From Flectonema sp. DT1601 (Eukaryota), in the NCBI GenBank assembly GCA_964019425.1, contig OZ025803.1, positions 62,001 to 126,000 on the forward strand: a stretch of DNA of 64,000 nucleotides, in the 5' to 3' direction. Below are positions 34,588-46,272 of the stretch, piece by piece; position 1 is the stretch's first letter, and the number at the start of each line of letters is the position of its first letter. A program made the translations under genes and the position numbers. Under the pieces are notes generated by a model, which was given only the letters and a program-made list of their open reading frames with translations, was not told the DNA's origin and ran no database searches.

Positions 34588-35983
34588 AACAAGCGACCTG
34601 ATGAGAGAATTAATAAGATATGTACTCTTCACAATTCAGATATCAAAAATAAAGAAAAATCACAACACCCGCAGCTCATCTGTTCAACAAACAAATATTA
34701 ACTTTTTTAAAAATCACAACACCAAACAGATTGCTGAACACACAAAACAAGTTGCTCGCATATAGTATAAAGGTGACACCCATCTCGACAGCCATCGGAG
34801 GGGAAAAGACCCCAGGCGACATCACCAAAAGGTGGGGGCTGGGGAATAAACCAGTAAAAGTACAGAGGGGAAGGAATTAGCGGTACATTACAGAATGGAG
34901 GTGGCATCATTAGACATTAGGGTCAAGATATCCTTCCAAAAAATGGGAAAAGGGAAACGAACTTTCAAATATGAAGTTTGGAGTAATTTTGTTTGTTTGC
35001 ACAAAAATAATCAGTAACTGAATAACTCAAAGGGGAGAACAGAATACAATTTGATAAGACTTTGTCACTCATATTCATATAATACTCCACGTTAAGTGTG
35101 ATTACAATACTTGAACGGGAAATACTCCTTCAGTGAAAGAAAGAAAGGAAGTACTTTCAGAATTGTTGTTCTTTTTTTTTTTTTTTTTTTTTTTTTTCCG
35201 ACAGCAGGGAGTCAGCCACGATAAAAAATCAGCACCTCACTAAATAATTCTCATACATTGTTTTCTTTGGTTGTGCGCAACCGATAGCCTCTAAAGTAAA
35301 GGTGGTAATGTTACGCTGCTACAATTCTCGTTAGCTCATAAAACATGTCTTCGAGATGGAAAAAAAAAAGTCTCATGAGAATGGGAAGAAGCTCGTTTTT
35401 CCAGATTAAAAATTTTTAAAAAAGAAAAATAGATAAAAAAAAAAAAAAATAGATAAAAAAAAAAATGAATAGTATATCATCCTACTAACACGACAAAAAG
35501 TAAAATGACAAACAAAAACATTCCACAATAGGGAAAGAACTTCACTTTCCCTATTTACTGAGTCCGATCATACAGCAGGCAGTACACTACAGAAAAGAGG
35601 TCCAAACCTCCCTCTGAAAATCAAACAGCTGGAATTTAAAATTTGAGATTTTTGTGAAGGGTTGAGAACACAACAGGTCTCAATCATAAAGTAGTCTTAA
35701 CAATAAGGAAATATTACTAGACGAGTTTTGTTTTGGTATTGGAATGTTCCAGAAATAAAATAAAACTGAGAAATAAAATCGATTCAGTTTGGTGGACGAA
35801 AGAGAAAACAAAAATTGAAACTAAAAAAAAAAGGGATATTAAAAAAAGCTAAACCTCAAATTTAAAATGAAGTTGTCAAAAAACAGCGAATAGGAGAACA
35901 CCGTTCAGGTAAAACCTCAAGTGAGAACAGAATTAATATTTTTTTATCATTTATTTTTTTTTTACGTTTTTGCAATAATTACC

Positions 35984-37339
35984 TCACGACCTGATACCGA
36001 CATACCTCGGAGGAGGAACCGCCTCACCGTAATGACTACCAGGTTTATAGCTAGGAGAATTATAAGAAATCCTACCCGGGGAAACTGGTGATCGACAAGG
36101 TGATTTCGGTAACGGAGAACCAGAAGGTGATGGAATTAATTTCCTATGAGTTCTGTGAGGACTAGAACACTTCCCTGACTCAAAGCGATCATCACCTACT
36201 TGCTGGTCAATTGGTCTGACGTGAACTTTAATTTCTCTTTCAACTCTCCTTTGAGATAACGTCGGAGATCCATGTGGTGGATCTCTCACAGGAGGTGTCA
36301 CTGGATAAATAGGTGTAGATGATGTCTGTTTTTCAATATGCAGCTGATCATGAGAAGTGTGTTTAAACGAGTCCCTCCTCAAGTGACTTGGCGTAGTGGG
36401 TTCAGCGATTGGATAATTACTTCCGTCAGATTTAAATAAAACGACATTAGTTGGAGAGTGAACCATTCCTGCGGCTTTCATATCTGTTTTTTTAGAAAAG
36501 GAATTCCTCGAATATGGAGAAGACGATCCGTCCCTTTCACCTATTCCTGTTTGATGAACATGTTTCTCACTTGCGAAATCTAATTGAGACACATGTCTGT
36601 CTTTTAATAAATGAGTCTGACTTGGTGACTTACAACGAGTATTAGAACTTTGTAATTGAGTTCCTCCCGGTAGAAGTTTATCATTCTTAACTTTGTCTTG
36701 AGATAAATACAGCCCTTGATCATTTTTTATAGGTCCAGGGGTTGCTGTAGGAGGGGATTTGAATTCCCGGGTACAAAGTTTCTTTTGATTAGAAAGGAAT
36801 TCCTGACTGTTTTTAGCATCTTGTGGAACCCATGATGACCACTCATTTGTTTCAGAGTGTTGCTTTGCCCACATTGAACAACTCTTGTTGGAGGCCAACG
36901 GACTCGCATCTACCGACCTGCTTCTCACTTCTGACGTCATTGCAGCAGCACTCGGATATATTGCACTTGCGTGGTACTTCTTCATTCTCTTCATCTCTCT
37001 TAGGGAATCAAATCTCGGTTTGGTCGGGTCTAAAGGAGCTTTTTTACTCGGAATAATTGTATCCAACGGGATTTGAACTTGACCCAAATGCTTCTCATGA
37101 TTTAAATCTTGATTACTAGTGTATCCTCCGATAAGTTTTTCAGAACCTTCACTTACGAAGGAATGAGTTTGATATTTCCATTCTCTAAATTCAGGTCCAG
37201 GAGTTGGTTTTATACATGGATGAGGTACAGTAGGGCCAGAGAACGACCTCGTAGCTGCAGATCCTGTCGGGGAACCAATCACAGTGGTATGAGTCCGTTT
37301 AGCCTTCGCAAGTTCCCTATAACTAGTAAACGATGTCAT
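35984..37339 (-). CDS. Hypothetical Ser/Pro/Lys-rich protein, 451 aa
   Basis: Long ORF on the gene strand; no recognisable domain. Confidence 0.75.
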   Translation of the reverse strand: MTSFTSYRELAKAKRTHTTVIGSPTGSAATRSFSGPTVPHPCIKPTPGPEFREWKYQTHSFVSEGSEKLIGGYTSNQDLNHEKHLGQVQIPLDTIIPSKKAPLDPTKPRFDSLREMKRMKKYHASAIYPSAAAMTSEVRSRSVDASPLASNKSCSMWAKQHSETNEWSSWVPQDAKNSQEFLSNQKKLCTREFKSPPTATPGPIKNDQGLYLSQDKVKNDKLLPGGTQLQSSNTRCKSPSQTHLLKDRHVSQLDFASEKHVHQTGIGERDGSSSPYSRNSFSKKTDMKAAGMVHSPTNVVLFKSDGSNYPIAEPTTPSHLRRDSFKHTSHDQLHIEKQTSSTPIYPVTPPVRDPPHGSPTLSQRRVEREIKVHVRPIDQQVGDDRFESGKCSSPHRTHRKLIPSPSGSPLPKSPCRSPVSPGRISYNSPSYKPGSHYGEAVPPPRYVGIRS

Positions 37340-37869
37340 GTTATATGTGACTACGTGAGATAATTATTTATATTTATAATGGACTGGGTCATTCATCAAA
37401 ATAACTAATATAAAATAATCTTTTTTTTTTTTTTTTTAATTTTATGTTGCCGTTTTTGTTTTTTTTTTTTTTTTCCTCCTTTCAATCTAGACAGACTTGC
37501 ATAATTTTGCAAAAAAAAATAAATAAATCGGACCAACAAAAATTCTCCTTTTTTTTCGTCAGTCTAAAAAGATGGAATACAATTACGAACTCAATTCAAA
37601 ACAGACAGGAAATTAATGAACCAAATGCGCTAACAAAGTTTGCGTGAATAAGACACATCACAGCCACTGAACACAGGGGAACATGGATTCTCGACTGATA
37701 TAAATACAACTAAAGTGTTCGCCATTAAATAACAAAACACCAATTATGTGTACGAATCGTAAAGTCAGTTTATTAAAAAGAGAATTAGACGGAGGAGAAA
37801 CAAAACGACACGAATACACACGTCACACACAAAGAGATAAAATAACTACTCAGATTTAGATCACAGATT

Positions 37870-38967
37870 CTACAAAATATCTACAGCAGGTGCAGAACAC
37901 GCAATAGAAGAGTTGCTGGGAGATGGCGGTATAAATTTAATTGGATACTGTTCAGCCCAAGGGTCAGTCTCTGGAGGCGGATCATTCACCATCGATTTCG
38001 GAGCTTTAGAACAAAAGATAGAACAGCAATTACTGGGACAAGAACGGTCAAATGGATTTGGAAAAGCCCCAAACAGATATGATCGCTTTTCTGCTTCCCT
38101 CAGTGTTAAAGAAGAACAAGCATGATACGCATACAGCACTGCGAACCAACCGACTGTTGCTAAAACAAGACAGCAGAAGATAGCCAATACTAAAGTACCA
38201 ATGTTAGTATGGTCGACATTGTCTTCATCTGTTATTTGATTTTCGAAACTATCGCGGGCAGCAAAATAATAAATTGACCAACCTGCTACGTCAATAGTTA
38301 GCAGAGATGTCGCCCACAAGAATAAACAGAAAAACTTTAAATTTCTAACACCAATACAAGCTCCTATCATCCCACAGTGATGATCAAAACCATCAACGCA
38401 ATTACCGCAGTGTTGGCAATGAGAGGCTCGCGGTGGTCGTAATAATTTACACGTTTCACACCATCGACGAATCATTTCAGAGTCACCTATTTCAGTTATC
38501 TTATCATGAGTTAAGAGGTAGGTGTTCTGCCAAAAGACATCACCATGATTTCGAGAAGGCCTTGTGCCAGTACCTCTTGGTATTATCCCAGGTTCAGTGA
38601 AGACAGTGACAAATAGACTAATTATTGAAATACCTGCAAGGGAGCATGTCGGTACTAAAATATACAAACTGTGATATCCCAACAACCAAACGAATACTCC
38701 AGTCGGTCCTAAAATTATAAAACTTGAAAACAGACTCCTCCCCCAACCTGCTGAAATTAATGTCCCACACATCTTTATCGACGTTGAGGGAGCACTGGTA
38801 TCCCTTCCTGCAATTAAATGCTGACCCATTGAAAGAAGTGATGATTTCTCCCCCTCAGACAAACCATCAGAGAGGCAGTCTGCAGGGGAAGGTTCCATTG
38901 TTTCGTTAACTGATGCAATGATGAGGAACTGACCTGATTGAATAAAATAAATTAAAATAGTCGACAT
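37870..38967 (-). CDS. DHHC palmitoyltransferase (start may be the internal MEPSP)
   Basis: EPGIIPR, WCETCKLLRPPRASHCQHCGNCVDGFDHHCGMIGACIGVRN; four TM helices. Confidence 0.95.
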   Translation of the reverse strand: MSTILIYFIQSGQFLIIASVNETMEPSPADCLSDGLSEGEKSSLLSMGQHLIAGRDTSAPSTSIKMCGTLISAGWGRSLFSSFIILGPTGVFVWLLGYHSLYILVPTCSLAGISIISLFVTVFTEPGIIPRGTGTRPSRNHGDVFWQNTYLLTHDKITEIGDSEMIRRWCETCKLLRPPRASHCQHCGNCVDGFDHHCGMIGACIGVRNLKFFCLFLWATSLLTIDVAGWSIYYFAARDSFENQITDEDNVDHTNIGTLVLAIFCCLVLATVGWFAVLYAYHACSSLTLREAEKRSYLFGAFPNPFDRSCPSNCCSIFCSKAPKSMVNDPPPETDPWAEQYPIKFIPPSPSNSSIACSAPAVDIL

Positions 38968-39216
38968 AATGATCTTGAAATGCAGTTCTACCTGAATTGA
39001 ATAGATAATAATAATAAATCTTCAGACTCGTTCCGGTTTCAAATAATCTATTGGTCAGTTGACATCTATTTGTGTCATCAAAAAAAAAGGGATTAAAAAG
39101 GGGGAGGCAAGAACTTTACGAAAAAAAATGAGTCTAACAAAACAACAACAAAAAGAACTGTACCTCTACTAAGAGAGAAGGCTATCATATTAAAGGTTGA
39201 AGTCAGAGTCAGCCAG

Positions 39217-40896
39217 TTAAACAGTTTGACGTCGCTGGACTTCTTCTTTCATAGATGACAGGTTCCTCCCTCGCTTGCCTGCTGATCCCTCACCCTGTTC
39301 ACCTTCACCAGTAGCAGATGATGAACTCCCAGTATTCGAATCATCAGATCTCAATTGAATATAAAGACCCCACGCTATTGCTGCGATTGATAAGAACATT
39401 CGAACTGAAACAACTTTCTTAAAAGTAGAAAGACGAGAAGAGATCGATGCCTCTGAATCCAACAAACTCGTAGATGCCGAGGGACAAAAACGACAACAAT
39501 AAACATAACGAGCAATGTGAAAGTCGAATGAGTAGTTCGATTTGTCAGTTGGAACGCAGGTGGTGACGGCACCGTATTCATCGTTGACTGCGATGTTGTC
39601 TTCTGGGATTGTATGAACTCCAGTATCACATATTTCATTTCGGGAGCATAACTGCCGACCAACACTTGTACAATGACGTGCTGCATCTCTCCAATAAGGT
39701 CTCAGTTCTGGATTAGGTAATGGGGGGATGTCATATCTGAGAGGATCTGATTCTGTAAACGAACATCCACCTGGATCAGAATAACAACAACCAGCGTTAA
39801 GACATCGTTCCTTTTCCGCTATCGCTGGACAGTCAACTGGTGGCGGTGAATTAATAAATAACCTTTCCCAATCCTGTACTATGGTTAAGTTAGACGGGAC
39901 CCATAGAATCTTTCTATCAACTTTGAGTTCATTATTCATACTCGGGGAATATTTTATTTCTACGTCGCCTCTGTACATCCACAACACGTCATCAAACGCA
40001 GCGGTTATGAGACAACAAATTACCACCGCAACGTGTAATAAACAATTAAATAAATGAGTTGCTATTAATGGATTGAAAGACAACAGTCGACGTCTTCTTG
40101 AATTCTCTGTTGGGGAAACTTCTCGAACTCCGAATGCTGAGAAGTATCCTGCGAAGCAATTTGAACAACTTTGTTCATTCTGTTCATGTTCTTTATCAAT
40201 AGGATGTGATTCTATTGTAAGATAGTTCATTGCAGACATCTCTTGAGCAGCTGATAAAGGACAGAGAGAACACGCGAGAGAAAGAAATGAAAATATATTT
40301 AACAACTTTTGAACATCATCGGATATAATTTGATAAAACCAAATCAAATCATCATCATGATCAGTTCTATTAATAATAAGATACACAACAACTGATAATA
40401 ATAATACTCCAGCTCGTAAATGCATTCCAACACTACCAACTAATTGAAGGATTGCACGGAGTTGATGGATGCGTTGGGTTCCTGAAGTGTCAGTCTTTTT
40501 TGATTCTTGGTCTTCAATGTTTGTTGTTGGTGCATGATTAACTTTCATGAAATCACCAGTTAAAGCTGACTGCACGTATTGACCAACATAACCTGACGCA
40601 TTCGCTAACGGTGGAAGTGGCGCAGTGTCAGTTACAGCTGAACGAGGTTTTCTTACCATGATATCGTCTACACCTAACACTACATCAGAGTCTATCCTCG
40701 CACTAGCTGGAGGACTGTCATAAGTCGTCGGTTTTTCAGCGGGTGACAATGACGGTGTTGGTTGAACAACCTGACTTCTCCTCTCCCTCTTCTCCTTGCG
40801 ATGCTTTCTCTTCTCCTTTCTCCTCTTTTCTTTTCGCTCGCTTCTCTCTCCAGAGGCATGCCTCGACTTCTTTTTCTTTTTCTCTGGAGGGTCCAT
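39217..40896 (-). CDS. Multi-TM protein, TMEM237-like, with Cys-rich luminal insert (559 aa)
   Basis: Basic N-terminus; the TM pattern VGMHLRAGVLLLSVVVYL...FYQIISDDVQKLLNIFSFLSL resembles TMEM237 as recalled; trefoil-like CPAIAEKERCLNAGCCYSDPGGC. Confidence 0.6.
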   Translation of the reverse strand: MDPPEKKKKKSRHASGERSERKEKRRKEKRKHRKEKRERRSQVVQPTPSLSPAEKPTTYDSPPASARIDSDVVLGVDDIMVRKPRSAVTDTAPLPPLANASGYVGQYVQSALTGDFMKVNHAPTTNIEDQESKKTDTSGTQRIHQLRAILQLVGSVGMHLRAGVLLLSVVVYLIINRTDHDDDLIWFYQIISDDVQKLLNIFSFLSLACSLCPLSAAQEMSAMNYLTIESHPIDKEHEQNEQSCSNCFAGYFSAFGVREVSPTENSRRRRLLSFNPLIATHLFNCLLHVAVVICCLITAAFDDVLWMYRGDVEIKYSPSMNNELKVDRKILWVPSNLTIVQDWERLFINSPPPVDCPAIAEKERCLNAGCCYSDPGGCSFTESDPLRYDIPPLPNPELRPYWRDAARHCTSVGRQLCSRNEICDTGVHTIPEDNIAVNDEYGAVTTCVPTDKSNYSFDFHIARYVYCCRFCPSASTSLLDSEASISSRLSTFKKVVSVRMFLSIAAIAWGLYIQLRSDDSNTGSSSSATGEGEQGEGSAGKRGRNLSSMKEEVQRRQTV

Positions 40897-41188
40897 CAAT
40901 TCCTGTTTGAATAAACTACTTTAAATTTTTTTTCAAAACCTCCGAGAAAATAATTTTATAAAATAAGCTAGGTTGATATAATTACAGATGTTCTGCCATC
41001 CCATCATTGTCTGTTTTCATCTTCTTTTTTCGTTTATTAACAGCCTATCGTAACTGAATAAACAATCACCATATAAATTATCCCTTTTACATAGTATTAG
41101 TTGAAGAAAGGTTTAGTTTAAGATTAAAAACTAATCCTTTTAATCCCTTCTGGTGACGAGGACGATTTGCAGTTGTCGTTTTCGGAAG

Positions 41189-42001
41189 TTAGTAGTCGCC
41201 GAGTCCCGCAAGACCTGTCGGTTCTTCTTTGAGTTTTTTTTTAGATTTCTTAGATTTCTTGCGTTTAGTTATCATCACAGGCGGGAATTCGTCTTCCGAA
41301 TTTTCAGATTTCGAGGCAGCAGTAGCAGCAGTGGAGGTGGTGTTGGTTGTCGAGTTGCGTTCTTTTTTTTGTTTGTCAGCTTGCTCTAGTTCCCTACGGC
41401 GAAATACGGCGCGGGCTTCTTCTTCATCAGCAAGCTGCTGTTTTTGTTTGTCGATAAGATGCTTATCAAGAGTTGTGTTGAAAAGTTGTTCATCGGTAAC
41501 AAAGGACTTGGTCACGGCGTGGTGATGCATTTCTTCAAGTCTTTCTAACATGGACATTTCTCGGCGAGCATCTTCAACTTTTCGAGTGTGTTCCGCAAGA
41601 GTGTCACCCTGCTCTTCAGCAACGAGGGCATCCTCAGCGTCCGCTTTCTGCTTTTCTGCAACGTGATGCTCATACTTTCTGGAAGCACCGGCCTCTACCA
41701 CGTAGTCGAAATTCCCCGGATCCGTCTTCAGTGCTATATTACTAGCACATCTCGGGCACTGGACTGTTAGGCGAAACACAGCCACCTTTCCTAAGTAATC
41801 CTCCCCCTTAACCCGCTCCTTGGCTGCATGAAACTTCTTAGCTTGAGGAATGCCTTCCCCGCATTCATTGCACTGAACTCCAAATGGCATCTGCATACGA
41901 ACAATGGGAGCCTTCCTTGGACCTTTTAGACTCGGTACCAGTAACGGATCGAAGTCAGGGGGGAAGTACCTGGTCTCTCCAGCCTCACGTCCCAAACCCA
42001 T
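41189..42001 (-). CDS. YJU2: Splicing factor YJU2/CCDC94 (Cwc16), 270 aa
   Basis: RYFPPDFDP, VRMQMPFGVQCNEC, KKFHAAKE, EDYLG, CPRC, KTDPGNFDYVVEAGASR. Confidence 0.92.
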   Translation of the reverse strand: MGLGREAGETRYFPPDFDPLLVPSLKGPRKAPIVRMQMPFGVQCNECGEGIPQAKKFHAAKERVKGEDYLGKVAVFRLTVQCPRCASNIALKTDPGNFDYVVEAGASRKYEHHVAEKQKADAEDALVAEEQGDTLAEHTRKVEDARREMSMLERLEEMHHHAVTKSFVTDEQLFNTTLDKHLIDKQKQQLADEEEARAVFRRRELEQADKQKKERNSTTNTTSTAATAASKSENSEDEFPPVMITKRKKSKKSKKKLKEEPTGLAGLGDY

Positions 42002-43020
42002 TTTGTGTTAGTGAGATAGACCTATAGAGTTAGATACTGTAAGACTATTCATGTTATTTACTTCGGTAGTTTAATAACGTCATGTTCTAGTTTAACTGTA
42101 CTAAAGATGATATTACATAATGGGGGAAAGATGTGTAAACAAGGAACGACTTTAGAGGTCGAATCAGGCTATGAGCGAGCGCGCCGCTTGTGAACCGGGT
42201 TAGGGACGGTTTAGACCAGTCGAAGTAGTCTTGTGTGGAACGTTCTGTTTTTTGTATCTCGTATTGGTTTTGTTTATGTCCTTTTTTTTTTTTATATTTC
42301 CTTTTCTTCTTCATTCTTCTTGTCTTTATTCCTCCCAGATAAGTTTAGCACAGCTAAACAGCAGCCCTGAGCTCACAATAACTTAATCACCAGTGCAGAA
42401 TAAAAATCCCAGTTGTTGAATAAAGCAACAATAATCCTGGCTGTGTCTACATCCGAAGGAAGTAGTCACAACACTTTATGAAACAATAAGAGCAAGCATC
42501 TACCTCGATAGCCGAATATCTTGTTGCCAACATAGAAGTTTCTTTGCATGCGGCTATTCTTTTTTTTCGTTCTTTTTTTTTATTTTTCACATTTTAAAAA
42601 GGAGTAACCAAGAGAGCGATAAGTAATTATAGTTCCACCCCATTCAAAACAACAATATTATCAATACGAGTGGAACAGGTTTTCGTTCGTCGCTGGAAAA
42701 TGAACAGACGGCAGGTTAACCAAAACGCCTAATGCCCTAATCGAGCTAATCACGTTAAGTTCTGTACAAAAACACAGTACTGGTGACATGCTGTCCAACT
42801 TTCTTTCGCTCAAACATTGCTGCTGTACGCTCGTATGTTTTCCAAAACTTTCTTTTCTACGGACACGTACTCGAGTTTTGTAGGCGAAGGTGAGAGGGGG
42901 AGGCGAGGATTTTCAGACACTCAGATTGGGAGGGGATTTTTTTTTTTTCTGTATCTTTTTTTTTTTTTTTTTTTTTTTTTCTCTTTCACATGTCAGATCT
43001 GCCTTCCTACCAATTAGTCA

Positions 43021-44042
43021 TCAGTTCCATCCGTACCGCGCAGCTGTTCTATCAAATGCCTGTCTGGCTTCAGATTCCTGTTGAGTGGTTGTGTTGGTGA
43101 TTACTTCTTTTAAGCTTTCTAAAAGAATAAAGAACAAAACAAAAAGAACAACAAGTAGCATACCAAGTAATCAGCTTCGCTCGTAAGATCGAGACGGGCT
43201 TTGGCTTCTGGATCAGTAATTTCAGCACGAATTGTAGTGATAATTGACTCTATGTCGTTTACAGGTTTCCATCCTTTAGTGGTGAGTAACTCGTGACAGA
43301 TTGAGCCACCAATTGTTACTCGACCAGTGTGAAACTGAAACCTCGGTCGTAGAATACGTAAAAACGGAGGTTTGAAAGGATATTCAGGTGGGAAAGACAA
43401 CAACATATCAACGTAGTCTTTACCACGGGTTTGTTTGTATTTCTGAAAATCATCATAAAGAGGGGTGCCTTTCTCAAAATCGAATAACTTAATTTCCCAG
43501 TTAAAAAGATCACCGTCCCTCGGGGTAGCATCCCAGCCGTACTTTGCTTTCGATAGGAAAATCGATCTGTAGTCGGAGAGGATACGATCGACAGATGATT
43601 TATCTCCCGTTCCAGTTTTCAAGGTCTTTAATAGCTCCTCAAACTGTCTTTCCTTTTCAATCATTGCAGGAGTTTTTGTATTTTCTTTCTTTTCAGCGAT
43701 GATAGGAATGTCCAAACCGTCATCGTCGTCGTCGTCGTCGTCATCCATTTCCTCATCTAATTCATCTAAGGCATCACTAATTGATTTGTAGTGTACTGTT
43801 GCTCTTTCAAGAACTTTTACAACTTCGCCTTCTCCAAAACTCTCTGTTTCCATTAATGAGATCCATTTTTTTACCGGTTCTCTCTTATCTCTGCAAGTTA
43901 TTATCATGTCAGTTACTGATAATTTAAATGTATACCTCCCAGCGACGCTTACTAACAGCAGCTCGTCGGTGCAATCGTCTTCTTCGAGGTAGAAATATTC
44001 ATCATTGTCGTCACATTCACACCATTGTAAAGCCTTTTCCAT
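43021..44042 (-). CDS. UBE2Q-like ubiquitin-conjugating enzyme, 2 exons (44042-43164, 43077-43021), 311 aa
   Basis: FPPEYPFKPPFLRILRPRF, GGSICHELL. The 86-nt intron 43163-43078 restores the C-terminus ESEARQAFDRTAARYGWN. Confidence 0.92.
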
Positions 44043-44415
44043 TTTTAATTATTTTTTTTCTTTCCCTGTTGTTAGGATACCGTCAAAGTCATAAAAAAAA
44101 ATTTAAAAAAAAAAAACAGTAATTAGCGACTGAGCTATCCCCGTCATTATCGATTTTTTTCCTAAATAAAAAAAAAGTAATAATAACATGCGGCGACTTA
44201 TAAAAGATAATTTCAATACTTAAATAAATAAAATAATCTAACAGATGGATACATGTAAGCCAGAGCTTTACGATGTGGCGAGTCAAAAACAAAAGACGTC
44301 AGTACGGAATAAATACAGAAGTTAGTAAAAGGTGTTGTTCTCTAACAGAAGATGATCCAAAAATTAGAAATACCACTGTGACTACAATCATTTTATTGAT
44401 GGCAAAAATACTTTT

Positions 44416-46272
44416 TTACTTTTGTAGTATCCCAACAGCGGAAGGATGAAACACTTCATCTACAGGGCTCGGAGGGTACGGAAAAGTCCGAGATTGCAAG
44501 TCGATGGGCGGTCCGAATACAGGGGGCGTGTTACTTGAATGATTGCGGCTGGCCTGTTGGAGTTGGAGTTGGTGCTGATGTTGATGTTGTGGTTGGTGCT
44601 GGTACTGGTGCTGGTATTGGTGTTGGTGTTGGTGCTGGTGTTGGTGTCGCCGTGGCGGGCTGATACATCGCGACGCATTTTCGTACCCAACTTCTTGGGT
44701 TGCTCTCGAGTCTAGTGATCGTTTGGCTTCGAGTTTCAACTTCTCACTAGACGAGTCCCAAAGGTCTCGGGTGTCCCACGGTACCCGAATTCGAATTCGC
44801 GCCATGAGGCCTTCTCTGCTAATATAAAAATCGTCCATTCCAGCTTCTTGTAAATGCTGTGCTATGACATCAATCGGTATTGAATAGGAAAGCTGTAACC
44901 AACTGCCAGGGCTGGTTCTGTTCAATTCCGCCTTGATATTCTCAACCAACACCAATGGATCATCCCCCCAAGTCTCAACATGCAGTTGGTATGTAAAACG
45001 GACTGCTGCTCCGTTTTGGTAGTCTTCTACTTCTAAGTCATCGAGTCCAAGCTCTCCCAACATAACAATAGCCCTCTCTAATACGTGGACATTGTAGTAT
45101 ACATCCCCCTCAGGGATATCAACGAGGTCGTCATAAGTCGTTCTCCCCTTTTCAGCGCCTGCATTAATAGTTTCTGTAATTTCCTGAACTAGTGCTCGAG
45201 CTCTCTCTTCAATATTTTGTCGCACCTCTTCCGACGCTGTCGTTACATGCTGATCGCGCGTTTGAACCAATCTGAAAACCATTATCGTCGGTCCCTGGAA
45301 TCGCTGTCGTGAGATTTTGATGCCTACATCTCGTTCCCACTTCTCATCGCTAAAGCTAAACCAGTCTTTGTGAGCGTCCGGCATGCTGAGGGAGTCTTGC
45401 ATTACGGATGCGACCCATCCTACTGGGGGTGTGTTCTCTTCAATATTTTCCGTTAATGAGGGGGTCTGACCAACCATCCAGCCGTATTTTCCTCTGCCAA
45501 TAGAGAATAATGAAATATCCGAGTTTTTTGTATAGGTCCACACAGGGTCAGGTACATCACTCTCTGAGAGTTGATACAGTCCTCGAAGGTTTTTATTTGA
45601 CGACTCAATCCAAAGCTCTGGAGAGATCGATATTATTTTGATAGTTGCATCAGTAATCCAGGACCCGTCGGAAAACAGTTGCCAGTGGCCAACAGAATGG
45701 GGCATTCCCCAACCCTTAACAGTATCCTTAACAAAAGGGTTTATTGTATGTGTTGACATGGATACCGCCCAGCAATTGTCACCATCCTCGCTTCCGATTA
45801 CCCATGATCCATTACTTGCCGTGAAAATTGATATTTCAGGGTTGGTGATCTTTTTCCATACTGGCCATTCATTCTTCACTTTATCGACCTCCATTTTGTA
45901 AGCTCCAGTGAGTGCACTATTTTTCTTTATATCCGCCCACAGTACTCTTGGGTATAAATCAGGAGGAACGTTGACCTCTAAGTGCAATGTAAAAGTTCCC
46001 AGTCTACCATCTCCAGGGTGAACCTCATAACCCAATTCCCTCATCTTATTAACAACCGACTCTCTCACCATTCCTGGTTGATCTATATCGTTCTCTAGTT
46101 TTAATAATTGTGTACATTGCGGAGCTGCCTTTATCATAAGATTTACTAATCGATTTGCTTCTTCTGATATCGCGGTCCTCGCTTTTTGCAGAACACGAGC
46201 TTCGAAATCATCTTCGCGTTCCTCCGGTGGAAGTTCCGGTTCTGGAGCCTCAGATAAGGTAGAGGAGGGCAT
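44416..46272 (-). CDS. Hypothetical protein, 618 aa, with two tandem Trp-rich ~110-aa domains and an HQ repeat
   Basis: GAYKM...PVWKK...SWVIG...WITDATIKI compared with GLYQL...PVWTY...GWMVG...WERDVGIKI. Confidence 0.8.
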   Translation of the reverse strand: MPSSTLSEAPEPELPPEEREDDFEARVLQKARTAISEEANRLVNLMIKAAPQCTQLLKLENDIDQPGMVRESVVNKMRELGYEVHPGDGRLGTFTLHLEVNVPPDLYPRVLWADIKKNSALTGAYKMEVDKVKNEWPVWKKITNPEISIFTASNGSWVIGSEDGDNCWAVSMSTHTINPFVKDTVKGWGMPHSVGHWQLFSDGSWITDATIKIISISPELWIESSNKNLRGLYQLSESDVPDPVWTYTKNSDISLFSIGRGKYGWMVGQTPSLTENIEENTPPVGWVASVMQDSLSMPDAHKDWFSFSDEKWERDVGIKISRQRFQGPTIMVFRLVQTRDQHVTTASEEVRQNIEERARALVQEITETINAGAEKGRTTYDDLVDIPEGDVYYNVHVLERAIVMLGELGLDDLEVEDYQNGAAVRFTYQLHVETWGDDPLVLVENIKAELNRTSPGSWLQLSYSIPIDVIAQHLQEAGMDDFYISREGLMARIRIRVPWDTRDLWDSSSEKLKLEAKRSLDSRATQEVGYENASRCISPPRRHQHQHQHQHQYQHQYQHQPQHQHQHQLQLQQASRNHSSNTPPVFGPPIDLQSRTFPYPPSPVDEVFHPSAVGILQK

